Assembly: GCF_000315625.1 (NCBI RefSeq)
Contig: NW_005434461.1
Location: 1-64,000, forward strand
DNA from: Guillardia theta CCMP2712
Lineage: Eukaryota; Protista; Cryptophyta
Reading direction: 5' to 3'
DNA length: 64,000 nucleotides
Every line of letters begins with the position of its first letter. Position 1 is the stretch's first letter. This document shows positions 31,565-45,574 of this stretch, in pieces. The translations under genes and the position numbers were made by a program. Under the pieces are notes generated by a model. The model saw nothing but the letters and a program-made list of their open reading frames with translations, did no database searches and was not told where the DNA came from.

Positions 31565-33109
31565 ATGAGGGAGGTGGATCTCTCCGCTCTAGCCCTGCGC
31601 CTCCGTGCTCGCCATGCCCTCCTCGTCGCAGCCGGGACCTTTCTTGGCGTGAAGCTGCTGCGTATCGGGAGGTGGTTGGTGTACGGAAGTGGCCGGTGGC
31701 TCTGGTGGACTCCGAAGGGCATCACGCTGCCTCCCATCGTTCCCGTCTCAAGGTTCCATTCCTTTCGCCACATCAGCGTGCAGCGGCAGTTCCCTCTCTA
31801 CGTAAGTGGTACGCTTCTCGTTGCGCAACTAACCATGGTCCTATGCCTCGCAGCAATACCAGTACTTCAAACAGTATGGCCCTGTCATCAGGATCCCCCT
31901 TTTCCAACTCGCGCCGTGGGTGTTCGTCTGCGACCCGTCGGTTGCCAAGTTGGTCACCGAGGGCGACCGGTCGCTGGTCCTGGAGGAGTCGCCGAAAGCG
32001 CCGTGGCTGTATTCGCTCTTCTCGAGCTTCACTGGAGGGCCCAACATGTTCTCGAGGCCGCTCACAACTCAAGGATCCATCCCTGGCTGTCTTGCGAGCC
32101 GCAAGGCAGTTGCTAGCGCCTTCTCCATGGCGCAGATGGATGGGATAATTCCGCACCTGAACAAGTACATGGAGAGTCTGGGGGAGGTCTTGGACAGGAT
32201 GGCGTCGTCGGAGCGAGACCTCGACGCCTGCGAGCTCTTTGTGAGTGCTTGCAGCTCAGGAGGGAGGAGGGAGGAGAGGGAGCGGAGGGAGGAGAGCTAT
32301 GCTGATGCTATCCTTAGCTGCGGCTGAGTTTGGACTTCACCTGCGGGTCGTTGTTCGACTTCAAGTCAGACAGCATGAGGGATCTGACAAGGGCAAGTGA
32401 CCGCGTACTGGAACGAGGGCTCGCTGACCTTGCTTCCTCCAGGAGGGAGGGGCAGAGAGGGAGAGTATGGGGAAGTCATTCTTGGAAAGCGTCAACACGA
32501 TTGTGAACGAGATATCAGTGATGAGAGTACGTTGCTACAGCCTCTGACTGCGCCTCCTGACTTCCGTCCGAAGGTCACAAACCCGCTGCGCAAGTACATG
32601 TGGTGGGCTGAACACCAGAAGAAGTTCGACCGTTCAGGGCTGTTCCTTCGTGAGCTCGGGAGGGTGAGGAGGAGTTGAGGACCAGGAAAGCAGCAGGTTG
32701 AAACAGTCCTGCAGGACATTGTCAACAAATACAGGGCGTCTCACACAGATGAAGAGCTTGCTCGGGACTGCTCCGTGCTAGGTGAGCCTGAAACCTTGTC
32801 TGATTAGCCTCCTCATTATGTTCAAACCCTCAGGGCACCTGATGCGATCTCCGTACCCTTCGGACAAGTAGGAGACTTCACTGAGTCTGACGAGTCACAA
32901 AACTCAGCGTGTTGACTGTTGGTTTGCAGGGAGAGGATAGCAGATATTATTATCTTCCTGATAGCTGGACATGATACAACTGGATACACAGTGATCTCTG
33001 ACAGAATCCCCTCCTCCTTCTCACATCCTTTGATCAGCTTGCCTGGATTGTGATTGAAGTTGCAAAGAAACCGGAGATTGCGAGGAAGATACGGGTAGAA
33101 AAGATGCAA

Positions 33110-33154
<45 letters not shown>

Positions 33155-34437
33155 GCAAACAGGAGGAATTGGACAAAGCAAACCCTGAAAGAAAACATTT
33201 CACAAGAGCACAACTGAGGTGCATCCCAGCCCCTCCTCCCTGCACCTTCTCCTTCCTCTCGTCCCCTCCTCACGTCCTCTTCCTCCCCTCTCATGTATGA
33301 TGTTCTCCAGTTCTCTCGTTTACCTCAATTGGGTTATCAAGGAAGGATTGCGACTATGGCCGGTGAGGAGGAGGAGGAGGAGCAGGAGGAGGACGACGAG
33401 GAACCTTACTCTTGTTGCTTCTTTACCAAAGTTGCCGCCACCTCTGCTATCAGACTGGCACAAAAAGATATCCCGTGCCCAGGAGGACGTGAGTTTGAAG
33501 ATAGTTGTGTTGGAGGAGACAAAAGGACGAGGGATGACAAGGAGGAAACGGGAAGGAGGAGGAGGCAGGGGAGGGTGGGGGGGGGGGGCTGGGCTGGGAA
33601 GGGGTTCTGATCTGCCCATCTGCAGTTACCATCCCTGCGGGTAGCACAGTGAGCGTATCTAACTTTGCGATGCATCGAAGCGGTGAGAGCAAGGATCAAA
33701 GAGAGAGAGAAGGACACTGCGTGAGAGGAGAGGAGAGGAGAGGAGAGGAGAGGAGAGGAGAGGAGGAGGGAGGAGTAGGAAGGAGGCATGGAAGTGGAGA
33801 GATTTCACACATGTGCGCTGCAGGCATTACTCGACCAGACGAGTTTGTTCCGGAGAGGTGAAAAAAGGAGGGGAGGATTGGAAGGCCCTGACGAGAGGAG
33901 CAGATGGGATGAGAAGAGCGAAGATCACGAGAGAGTAAGAGGAGGAGCTCGGAAACGATGGGTTGAAAATGAAGAGAGGGAGGAGTGGGTGGAGGAGGAG
34001 AAGATGAGGAAGAGAGGAGAGGACGGGGAGGAGGAGGAGCTGACCTGTTGGCAGCTAAAGACGATCTATCGTCCCTTCAGCACCGGGATGAGGAGATGCG
34101 TGGGAGAGAATTTGGCGATGGTGGAACTGCGGCTGGTATGGCAACTCCTCCTGATCCTCCTCCTCCTCCTCCTCCTCTTCCTCCTCCTCCTGATCTTCCT
34201 CCTCCTCCTCCTGATTCTCCTCCCAACCCCCCCGTCTCCTCCTCCTGATCCTCCTCTTCCTCTTCCTTACTCCTTCTCATGAACATAATCCTCCCTGTCC
34301 TCCCTTGTGACTGTGTGCAGATACTGGCGACCCTGTTGCAGAGATACGAGTGGGAGAACTTAATGGAACCTCGTCCGCAGTTCTACCTGACGACGAAGCC
34401 GGAAGGTGCTGTTGTTAGGATGAGGATGAGAGCGTGA
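31565..34437 (+). CDS. Cytochrome P450 (multi-exon)
   Basis: I-helix FLIAGHDTT, K-helix KEGLRLWP (ExxR), PERF-like FVPERW, heme motif PFSTGMRRCVGENLA (FxxGxRxCxG). Stop TGA at 34435-34437. Confidence 0.95.
33110..33153 (+). repeat. (GAT)n microsatellite in a P450 intron
   Basis: Perfect GAT run. Confidence 0.9.
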
Positions 34438-34743
34438 AGGGGATGGCTGGAGGCGACCGGAACGTCCTGTGGTATTCTCGGCCCTGATAGTTGAGGAGAT
34501 TCTTGTTTTGTTACACTTGCGATCAATCTAGTTACTGAGCAAAAGATCCCTGGAGTTGTCTTGTCCATCTTCATGTCCTCTCATTTGCCCGCTACCTCTA
34601 CAACTTCTCTTCCGTGTTTTCTCTTCCATTGCTCTTCCTACAAATCGCTGCTTCACCGCTCTACCTCTCCCTCCTCTCCCTCCTCATCCTAATTTTCATG
34701 ACATAAGATTGGCTCCTCCTCCTCGTCTCCTGCATCACAGACT

Positions 34744-36729
34744 TCACGAGCGCACTTGAAATCTCCCTGCCTTGGTCACGAATCTCACTCCCTTGTACGG
34801 CTTGTACCGCTCACCGCTGCCTCCCCGTCAGGCACAGCACAAGAGAGTCTCGGTTACCTCATCGTCAGTGCATCGATCTTGAGGCCAGAAGCGCTGAACA
34901 TCACAATCTGCACTCCAAGTTAGGAGAGGGACGAGGGATGGCGAGGAAGGAGGGCGGGTGAAGCGGGTGAAGGGAACGCACGCGCAGTGACAGGAAGGAA
35001 GAGCGGGGAATGAAACTTGTGTGGCTGTGGTAGGAGGAAGACGAGGACAAGGAGGAGGTCGAGAGGGAGGAAAGTCGTGATGGTGGCAGGTAGAGGAGGA
35101 CGAGGAGGACACGAGCAAGGAGGGTAGAGGAGAGTGGAGATGAACAACCTTGAAGTCAACGAGGATGGTTGGCCCGCTCTCTGGCGTCTCAGTCCCTGGC
35201 ACCTGCTGGAGTCTCAGCATGCAAGAACGTCCGAGAGGCTGCGAGAGTGAAAAACAAGAGCCGGGAAGTTGTAAGAAGAAAGAGAGGATGAGGACGGCGA
35301 TAGGACGATAGAGGAACTAAGACGGGAAGGAGAAGGGAGAGGAGGAGGGGAGAAGGAGGAGGAGATTACGATGATGATGAGGAAAAGGGGGGGGAGGAGG
35401 AGGATACCAGAGAAACGGAGCCGTTGAGACATGGACTTTTCTCCTTGGGGACCTGCAGAACGACATCAGTCCAGCAGACGAAGAGGAAGAGGAAGCAATC
35501 ATGGTAGCGTTAGAGGGAAGAGGAAGAAAAGGCTTACCTTGCCAATTTCCCACCGTAGGACCTTGGAAGCATCATCGAAGTGAGCAGTACCGTGATTCAC
35601 TGTATGCAAGTGTCATGCACTGAATGATGTCTCCCTCATCGCCTCAAAAGCATGATGATCTCCATCATCGTCATCATCATCATCGTCATGTCAATCGTCA
35701 TCAGCATCATCACCATCGCTCAGCATAACACAGCGCCTCTGCTCCTGTACCAGAGAGGTTGTTGGTGGCGATGTTCTTGGTGAAGGGGATGGTGATCACA
35801 ACGTCCTCGATTGTCCTCCCCGCGAGGTTCGACTTGGGTCCCACCATCACGTTGACGCGCCCCGACGTGCCGCTGAAGTGAATCTGCGGCTTCACGTAGA
35901 GAGGGAGGGTGACAGCCTGCCCAGTCGTGTTGACGCTGTAGGAGGCGAGCTTGAACTTGCCGTCGGGGGGGACGAACGACATGACCTGGTCCCTCTCGTA
36001 CCTCGAGAGCCTCACACAGGGATGGAAGTTGACGTCGTCGATGATGCTCGGGTTGGTGAAGGACAGAGTCATGTCCGGCATCCCAGACAACTTGCAGTTC
36101 ACCAGGACCTCCCCCGACACGTCGCAAGTCACCATGAGCCCGTTGGTGTCGATGCTGCAGTCGATCTCCTCGATGATGTCCAGGTAGATCTCGTTGTTCG
36201 TGTACTTGACTCCCTTCCTCCTCCACCAGATGCTGCTCAGCATGCCCTCGGGCAGGTCGCTGTTCAGGTTGCTCTTGTCGCTGACCCCCATGCTCGTCGC
36301 CACACGCCCGAGGATGGTGGGAGGGACGATCATCGTCTTGAGGACGTTGGGTTCGGTTGTCATCGGGATCCCGTTGTCCATCATCTCGTCCATGATCTGA
36401 TACACAGTGATGAAGTTCTCCTTGATGCTCTCCTCGCTGACTTCGTTGAAGTAGTCCCTGAACACGTCCACCACCCGGTGAAGGAACTCAGTGACGAGCA
36501 GCGGGATGACATCTCTCTGTACGACGGCGATGAAGAACATCCCGTATCGCTGCACGTGGATCACGTAGTACTTGGGTGTAACCATCACCGGCTTCACCTC
36601 CGACGGGTTCGATGCCTGCTGTACCTCATTCCAGAACAACTCGCAGCAGGTCCTGCTGATGTATCCCCTGTAATGCTTCTCGATGATGACCTCTCCCGTA
36701 GGAGACATGACAAAGATCGAGTTGATCAT
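34744..36729 (-). CDS. AP3M: AP-3 adaptor complex medium (mu3) subunit
   Basis: MINSIFVMSPTGEVIIEKHYRG..., IKENFITVYQIMDEMMDNGIPMTTEPNVLK, WRRKGVKYTNNEIYLDIIEEID, DDVNFHPCVRL...SFVPPDGKFKL, C-terminus SGLKID...YKPYKGVRFVTKAGRFQVRS* (mu3-type). Confidence 0.93.
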
Positions 36730-37489
36730 GCTCGCTCCTTCTCACGCTTCTGCTGCCCGGCAGGCAGCTGCTCTCTCTCCACAAATCTTCTTCTGCAGAC
36801 CAGACTGTTCGTGCACAAAACCCTGCGAGATCAAAAGTGTTCAGATGTTGCCATTGAGGAGGGGAAAATCGAATTTTTCAATATGCAGGAGAAAATTACT
36901 CCTACTCCTTCTGGTGACATTCCTCTACCTCCGCTGAACTGTGCGTCTGAATGCATATATTTTTCCTGTCATCATAAGGCATTCTCGAGCCAATCGACTT
37001 CTGACCTCTCCACTCGGAACTATGTCTCTTGACTTTGTTTGTATCTCTGCCTCTGTCTTCATCAGTGCCTGCCTGCCTGCCTGCCTCTCCGCCTCTTCTC
37101 TTTGCCAATTTAACTGCTTTTCCGTGAGGTCCCACCTGCTACTCTTCCTGCCTCCTCCTGCAACTTATCTCAGTTCCTGACTCCTCCTCCCCTCCTGATC
37201 CTCCTCGTCCTCGTCCTCGTCCTCCTCCTCCTCCTCCTCCTCCTCCTCCTCCTCCTCCTCCTCCGCTCCTCCGCATTATCGCCGCGTGTCTGCTGCGTCA
37301 CTCAACCATAAAAAGGCAGAAAATTTCAATTGAAAAAATGCTTTCAGAAATTTTACTGTCCCAAAATCTTTTTTTTGAGTTTTTCTTTTTCTGGCTTTTA
37401 CAAAATGTTTTTTAACAGTAGGCCCGCTCAGCTTGCTTGGGTTGATGAACCATGCTGGAACCATGAAGACGGGTGGGGCAGGGAGGAGG

Positions 37490-37580
37490 GGGAGAGGAGA
37501 GAGGAGAGAGGAGAGAGGAGAGAGGAGAGAGGAGAGAGGAGAGAGGAGAGAGGAGAGAGGAGAGAGGAGAGAGGAGAGGG
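37490..37580 (+). repeat. (GAGGAGA)n heptamer minisatellite
   Basis: Seen directly, between two divergent genes. Confidence 0.9.
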
Positions 37581-37776
37581 GCCTGAAGGTCCTTCAGGGG
37601 ATGATGCGATCGGACTCTCAATGGAGTGGGTTAAGAGGCGAAAGGATGATGATTACTCAGAGCAGAGAGGAGAGTGATGAGAGGGCTGGGAAACTCATGA
37701 GACAAGACGCGGCCGACCAGCCATCTGCAAACTTGCGCCGGAGAGGGTGACAGTCGATTGTGCTTTTCGGTTCAAG

Positions 37777-40700
37777 ATGGATAAGTTACGGAACGCCATC
37801 GATGGCAAGCAGGGGCAAGGGAACAAAGTGACAACTAAGAGCGGACACATCTCAGACGTGAAGTTCGAGCCGAACCTTCCCCTGCTCGAAGATGACGACG
37901 TGCCTAGCGAGCAGTACGAGTTGGACAAACTCGATGAGGAGCTACAGAGGAGCAGGACGAAGAAGAGCCTGCTGGCAACACCGTCAGGGATGATGCGGGA
38001 CAAGCTGGATTCGCTGCTGAACAAGAGGTTGGAGGAGAGGATCAACCAGCTGAGAATCTTTCGGACACAGATAGCAGAGATCCAACTGAAGAACAAGAGA
38101 GACCAGCTGGCGAAGTCGATCGAGATCAAAAAGGTCGTCGACAAACTCGCACGGACGAAACAGAGGCTGCAGGATGTGATGGAAGAGCTGAAGCAAGAGC
38201 GATCGGAGGAGCTGACCCAGCCAAGAGAGGTTTGCTTCCACCTCTACAACTCTTGTCCTCATGCCATGACAGGTCAGGCTGAGCGCTGCCAACGCGGTGC
38301 AGCATGTGAAGAGGACCTCTGTGCTACCAGCCAAGAGGCCCGACGCCTATCACTTTGTTGATGAGAGGAAGAGCGTCGTTGGGTCTCTGAGAAACGAAGG
38401 GGAGGGGAACCAGTGGGGGATCGGCATCACAGGAAACAATGACGCGTCGCAGATTCCTGTGCGGTCAGTGTTCAGACCAAGACGAGGAGCTAACATGAGG
38501 CTGGAGGCCAGAGACTGGAACGAGGAGTTTCAAACCAACATCAGGAGGATCAAGAGCAGATTCCTTGAGACAAAGTTCACAACCCTCGCCAAGATCGGGA
38601 ACATGCAGGAGCATTTCGTTCAGAATGTGCTGTCCATCGGGAAGAGGATCGTGGAGGAGATAGCGTTGCCCTACGTGCAGAAGAGCATCAAACCAACAGC
38701 CATGCCTCTTGCTTTCAAAGTTCTCAGTGCGCTAGATCGCAATGACGTCCTCAAGGAGTTTGTGTACGATGCCGACGAGTGGCGCCCGATCTATTGCCAC
38801 AGCAACATTGTGTTTCAAGTAGCGGCTGACGACTCTGATGTACATTGCTATCTGTTTGAATCGCTTGTTCTCACCCCTTGCTAGTTCTTCGGAGGTACTG
38901 AGGCAGCAAGCAAAGCCTTGTCAAACGAGTTCAGAGCCATCGAGTTCCTCTCGAAAGAATCGTACGAACACGATGTTTGCGTTCCCCTGTCAGCCTTGTT
39001 CTGCTACCTGGGACACAAGATTCTTGCCACTGCAGTGCTGCCTGGGATGGCTGACCCCAAGGACATGATGGATATATTTGCAAAAGAAGATGATCAAACA
39101 GAGACGGTTGCCACAGCTTGGGATAACGCAAAGGTAAAGCAAGTCGCCTTCCACAATATCACACGATGACGTTTGTATGGCAGGACTCTCTGCAAAGGAG
39201 CCTCCGCAAGCTGGGAATCTCTCTGAATCTCAAGCCGCATGTCATGATGGTGGATGGCGAGCAAGAGCATGTTCACCTCGTCGCTGACTTGCAGGCCTTC
39301 ATCGGCAAAGACAAACGGAACTACCTCATGAGCTGCTCCCGAGTCCTCCCGCCAGAGCCCCCGACCTATCCGATCGATTCCGAGAGGTATCATCTGAGCA
39401 GGTTCATGCGGCCCGAGCTGCTTCAGCTGAGCTCCTCCCCCATCAATGCCGATTGCTTCTCGAGCTTCGTGGGCAAGGATGCGAGGAGAGACAACGCAAA
39501 CTGCAGAGAGCTCTTCAACTTCATGCGGAGAAACATCTGCCCCTTCGTTGCCAGCTACCTCGACTCTCACGGGTATGACTTCCCGGACTTGATCAAGTCT
39601 CTTGCCTCCATCCTCCATCGCAACGGGATCAACGTTCGCTTCCTGGGGATCGTGGGTTCCTACTGCAAGAACGAGAGGACTGTCTGCATGGTGGCGTCGG
39701 AGATGGTAGCGCGACTTGTCAAGAGCAAACTGAGAAAGGATTGGCGCAGCATGGTGGACGAGGGTAAGAATCAGCCCCTGGACTCTCGCAGCTGCACTGC
39801 AGACGTTTACAGCTCCTTGTTCGAAGCGCAGGAGAAGGAGACTGAGTTCTGGTCCAACGTTGTTCAGAAGCGAATGAACGAAAAGTTCCCGGGGTCACTC
39901 GCGCTCGCTAGGAATCGACCATGGAGGACGCTTTGCGACATGAAGTTGGTCATCGACAGACTCTCCTCCATGACCGGCATCACCTTCCGTGAGGATCCCT
40001 GGGAAATCTTCGGGAAGCGCGGGAGAATTCTAGCTCATGACGTCATCAAGACCGAAGAGAGGATCCGAGTCGTCAACCTCGTGCCCATCGAGTGCCTGAG
40101 CGGCTTCGAGCTCCTTGCTGAGGCCCTGCGGATCTCTGACTTTGACAACAAGAAGAAGCTTGCCGCCGATGCTGTTCGCGTCTTCGAGCAGGTGAGGTAC
40201 AACCCCTCGAGCGCTTTGATTGATAGCCTTGACAGGCCATCCAACACAACAACGCGATGAACCTGCAAGCAGTCACGTGCTGTGCCGACGCAAAGATGTT
40301 CCTCTCGCAGTTTCTCACCTTCTTCGACGCTCGTGCCTCGTTGGACGAGGCTGAAGAGCTCTACCGACGTTCCTTGTGCATCCGACCTCAGATCACCGAG
40401 ACGCTTCTCAGACTTGGCGACCTGCATGTCCAGCAGGCAAAGCTCTCGCGCATCGAGGAGACGGCGGCACGTTTGCGGGCAAGAGCAGGAGCAAGGTATC
40501 TGCAGGGGATGCTCTACCAGTGGGAGAGAGACTACGCGACGGCAAACAAGGTTGTGCACAAGCTCGATCACTTGTTTCAGTTGTCTCGATCAGACTTCGC
40601 GGCCGTGAGCGTCGCGTCTAACAAGTTCTCGGACTTCAAGAACTTGAACTTCTCCTCCTCGCCGGACGTCGGGGCTAACGCGATCCGACGATCCATCGGG

Positions 40701-41981
40701 AAGGTCCCTGTGGTGGAGGACATGTGCATGGCAAACTGCCAATACTGCGACGACTCCGTCCTCTCGTACATCATCCCCAAGTCAAAGCGAACATTGACAG
40801 CCCTAGACGTGAGCGGTTGCCCCGTGACAAGCGAGTCGATCATTGTGCTGGCGCAGCTGAAGAACTTGCAGAAGCTGGTGGTGGACAACTGCTTGCTGAT
40901 CGAAGACAAGGCATTGATGGAGGTGTTTCAGAAATGTACAAACTTGCGGCACATCTCTCTTCGCTCTGTTCCCAAGGTCTCTAATCAGAGCGCATTCTAC
41001 ATCCCCAAGTTCTGCCGGCAGCTCCAGTACTTTGACATGAGTCACAGCCCCCTCATCACCGGCGCCGCCCTCAATGAGATCGCGCAGGTGTGCAGTCAGA
41101 TGGTGGAAGCCTTTGCCCAAGACTCCTACACCATGGACGACGTGCCCGTCATCAGCATCGGTAAGAACTGCCCTGCTGTCCGGACTCTCGACTTCCGCAA
41201 CTGCGTCAAGTTGTCCAGCCTGTCAATCAAATCTTGGAAAGGACGGTTGAAGAAGCTAGAGACGCTGATACTGGAAGGATGCATCCGCCTTGATGACGCG
41301 GCCCTGCTGGCCCTTGCAGATCACGAGGCCTTTCCCAGCTTGACCCACCTGGACCTGACGTCGTGCGACTTGATTTCAACTCACGGCCTGCAGGAGATCG
41401 TCCGGCAGCTGGTGGACCTCGAGGTCCTGCGAGTGGGCAGGTGCACCCAGATCGAAGAGCATGCGGTCAAAGCGATCGCCAAGAACTGCCGGCAGCTGCG
41501 CGAGCTGAGCTTGGAGTCTTGTGTGGGAGTGACAGTGGGAGCAAGCGTGAAGATCGTCTCCTCCTGCACTTGTCTAGAGAAGCTCTCTTTTGCTGGCTGC
41601 CACCTGGTGGATGACACGACAGTGAGCATGATGGCGACGAATTTGACAAGGCTCGTGGAGCTGGACGTGAGCGGCTGCGAGTCTCTGTCGGAGGGGCCGC
41701 TGGGGAATGTGATCATCAACAACACGAGCTTGACGGCTCTGAACCTCTACGCGTGTCGCAAGGTCGGGAACAAGACGCTGAGGAAGATCGGGGCTACGTG
41801 CAGGAGGCTCGAGGCCCTGACCATCTCTCAGTCGAACAAGGTGAACGACAAGGGGATCATGCAGGTGGTGACAGGTTGCCCCTGCCTCAAGAGCCTGCAC
41901 GCCACTAACTGCAAGAACATCTCCGACGACGCCAAGCAGCTGCTGAGCATTCAGACCCCCTGGGTCAATTTCGCATTTTAA
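37777..41981 (+). CDS. CLU (clustered-mitochondria) domain protein with a TPR-like segment and C-terminal Cys-containing leucine-rich repeats
   Basis: CLU hallmarks RDWNEEFQ, GKDKRNYLMSCSRVLPP, RPELL, LHRNGINVRFLG, EMVARLVK. Then more than 12 F-box/AMN1-type LRRs (LxxLxLxxCxxIxD). Short GT-AG introns join the ORFs. Confidence 0.8.
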
Positions 41982-42048
41982 TATCAACACGTCAGCGTCT
42001 CCTGCGCTCTCCCGCAAGCTCGCCTCAACATGGCTTGGTGGTCCCGCC

Positions 42049-45000
42049 TCACTCTGTCGACCACACCTTGAAGGTACGATCGTAGGAGGCGCTGCAGTCA
42101 AGTCATGCCTCTCTCTCCCAGCAGAACCCCAGCTCATACCTGACCACAAGATCTCCAGCTGGCGCGAAGTCAACGCACATGACCTGAGAAACGTCACTGA
42201 TCCTTCACTCTCCTCCTCTACCAACCTTCTCGTCGTGTCCTGACAAAGTCTTGATCGCTGTGAAGTTTCGGAGGTTCCAAATCTTTTGCCACGTGAGAGG
42301 CACGTGGAGCGGCAGCGAAAAGCTGTACCTTGCATGTCCTGTCGTAGGAGGAGGAGATGAGGAAATCTCCACAGCTGGAGTACTTGACAGCAGACACAAG
42401 ACTGCGGCAGCGTCAGCCAACCCCTGCGACCTCCTTGCGCTCACTTTGGATGGGCCGGCATCGTGTAGTAGGCCTTTCGCTTCCTCAGGTCCCACAGCCT
42501 GTACAGGGTCAGGACTCTCCTCGAGCCCTCGCACGACTCACTTGATGGTGTTGTCATCGCTGCCAGTCGCGATCTTGACGCCGTCCGGGTTGAAGTCAAG
42601 TCCCAAGATCTTGGCAGTCACCTCAGTCAACCGCATCCGTTTGACACTTGACAAGCACCTGCTTGACATGTCCCTGCAGCGTCATGATCGACCGTCCAGT
42701 TCGAAGATCCCAGACTCTGCAGATCGCATCCAACCCGGCAGAAGCCACCAGAGCTCCATCAACCTACTCACATGTCAAGGAGATTTCTTGTCATCCTCCT
42801 TCACCCTCCCCCCTTTCTCTTCCTCCTCTTCACCTGGAACGCGAGATTGTAGAGAGCACGCGAATGTCCCTCCTGGCACAGCAACTCTTGCTGCGTCTCC
42901 AAGTCCCACATTCTCCAAGTCTAAGGCAACAAGCATCAACTCCCTCCATGAGGCTTCTTGATGAGCTCCCCATCCCTCCCCTCTCCTTGCTCTCTCCTGC
43001 CTGTCTCCTTCCCTCTCTTCACCTTATCGAAGCTTGTTGTCCCCAAGTACCTCCCGGAGGGGTGGAAGCCGATCCTACAGACTCTCCCTGCATGCCCCTG
43101 CAGAGAGTGTGAGACGAGGAGAGGAGGAGGAAGATCGATACCTCCAGCGTCCCGATGTCCCTGAACGAGTCGTTGCTCCACAGTTTGACCTGATCATCGA
43201 CCTCATCGCCAGCAACAGCCTCCAACGATTTTACCTTGAGGTCTGCACTGCTGGTTGCAGCCGCCACAACCTTTCCCTTTCCTTCCGTGTTCCCTAGCAC
43301 GACATTCATTTGCCGGCTCCTTCTGACAACTGCTGGACATACCTACTGCCGCCGAATCGAACTGAGGATGAAATTTTGCGTCTGAAGTGAACTCGTCAGC
43401 ACAACGACAATCAGAAACAGACGTAGAACCAACACCTGTTAATCGCTCGGCATGCCCGTATAAGGTGAACTTCAAGTCGCATGATGGCATTGACCAAATC
43501 TTCGCCACTCCCGACCACGAACTTGTCGCAAGAAACTAAAAGACTGTCGGCAAGTTCGCAAGGAGCAACAGAGAAGCACCTGTCCATCAGGACTGAAGCT
43601 ACATCCCGATATAGGTCGAGCATCCCCTTCAAAAGCAGTCAGCTCCAAGTTAGTCCAAGAAGAACTCTAAAACCAATCTGCGATGAAGACAAATCTAGAT
43701 TTCGATACTGAGAGCACAACGTGTCATCCAAGTAGTGAAGTGGGCAAGCGACGACCTTTCCAGCCTTGTCCATGAATCTGTTGTGCTCCTGCTCTGTTTC
43801 ATTGTCCTGCCGTAGAGTTAATCTTCAGGTCAGCCTGCAGTGAGAGATGATGTAGAGGAAGAGGAATAGAGGTGGAAAGGTGGAGAAGACGAGGAGTAGA
43901 TGAGTTGACAACAAGCAGGATGAAGGGCAGAGAAGCACAAGTGGCAGGAGAGGACATAGAGGAGGAGAAGGGAAGTGAACGGGGAGGAGGCAGGAGAGGA
44001 GTCTAAGTTGAACTCGTGCCTCATCCATGCGGGTATCTTCGATGTCTTCCTCCGGTATTTCTCTCCCCTCTGTCATTCAGACGTCATCATCTCACCACAT
44101 GCCAGCTCCTCTCCTCACACCTTTGATCGCCGTTTCGTACTCCTTCAACTTGGCCTCTTTTTTCGCGATGTAAGTTTCGAGCTCGGCCTAAATATCAAAG
44201 ACAGGAATCAAATCTCGAGTTGAAATTTCAAATGAAATGTAGTGCAAAGTAGGATGAAGGATGAGAATTTTTCAAGGCTCGGCAACCTGCTTCCTCTTTG
44301 CTATCATCGTTCTGCTCTTCGCCCTTGGTAGCGAGTACTCAGCTATCCACAACCGAGCAGTTTTCAGCTCGTCAGGTCCCTCAGTATAGAAAGTCTGCGC
44401 AAACGATGTAAACAAACATAGAGATCATGCTGAGGGGACGATAGCTTTCGTCACAGACCTCCTTCACTTGTCCATCACGGAAGTCTCGATCGTCGTCTTC
44501 GCGAGCACCAGAAACAATCTGAAGAAAGGTTATGTTTTCGAGAGAGTCATTGAGAGGTGGTCGGTACATCGTTGGCTGATATTCCTTCTTCGACTTCCTT
44601 TCTTGCAAGAATGATCTTGAGACGATCACGACGTTCAGCTGGTTTTTAGACTCAGCATGACTCTAGTTGTTATCAGCTGCAATATCGTTGTTACCTGGCC
44701 CTTCCCCAAACAAGCAGATAGGCTCCCGAAATTTTCTGAGTTGCATCTTGACATCATGATCGTTCGTAGGAGCTGCGATGCCAAGTCACTCGTATGCTGC
44801 CACAAGATCACTGCAACTGCACCAGCAACAGTCCTCGCACGCATTTCAATCTGAAATCTGTGTAATTGCCTATCAGTCGCATAGCGTTTTCAGGCACGGA
44901 TCGACTCACTTCCGAAGCATCTCATCATGCTTCTGCCTTGCTCGGAGAGTCTCCTCAGTCATTGGTACAAGAGAAGTCTTTCCTCCTGAGATCGACGAGA

Positions 45001-45574
45001 TCGGCTTCTCATCCCTCCTGCCTGTAGACATAACAGTGTAAGAAGGCACCAACTTCATGATCACGTCTGCCACATCCAAGTTGGACTTCCAATCTCTCAT
45101 ACATGATTTACAAGCTGTGATCATCCATGGGTGGCTATGAATAATCTCGTTTGTTATCGTTCAGCTATCCTCCACCCGCTCGATAGGTTGAGCACAGCCT
45201 ATTTCCCCTTGATCCTTCCTGCATCCTTGCCCGTCGCTGCTGCTCTCCCGCACTACAGGTACATACAAAGTCCCTTCTCCCTCACTGTCTGGCTCTTCAA
45301 CGCAGCCTCGACTGACTTCAGTGAGAACCACCCAGAGGAAGACATGACTACACTCAACGCTCTTGCGATCGAGGTACCACACACTTCCTGTACGGTGAAA
45401 GCGCGCAGAGGAACAGGGGAGAAAAGCAGAGAACCCAAGAGGGTCGGCATAGAAACTATCTAGATCGACACAACCAGCATGTTTGTCCATTCCGCTGCTT
45501 CCCGTCGGCTCATCCTCTCCTCCTTCCTCACCTGCCAGGCCCTCCAAGCTGCCGTACTTGATCCGCTCCCCCAT
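42049..45574 (-). CDS. PRPF4: U4/U6 snRNP WD40 protein Prp4 (many short exons)
   Basis: N-terminal IKYGSLE; SFM/PRP4 motif [24 protein letters not shown]; WD40 repeats [78 protein letters not shown]. Confidence 0.9.

Noticed and set aside
31565-34437. P450 as part of a biosynthetic gene cluster
   Set aside because: Neighbours are AP-3 mu and hypothetical genes; no PKS, NRPS or terpene synthase in the window.
35878-37032. 384-aa plus-strand ORF, and similar antisense ORFs over the CLU-LRR and giant genes
   Set aside because: Antisense shadows of GC3-rich coding exons, with no motif.
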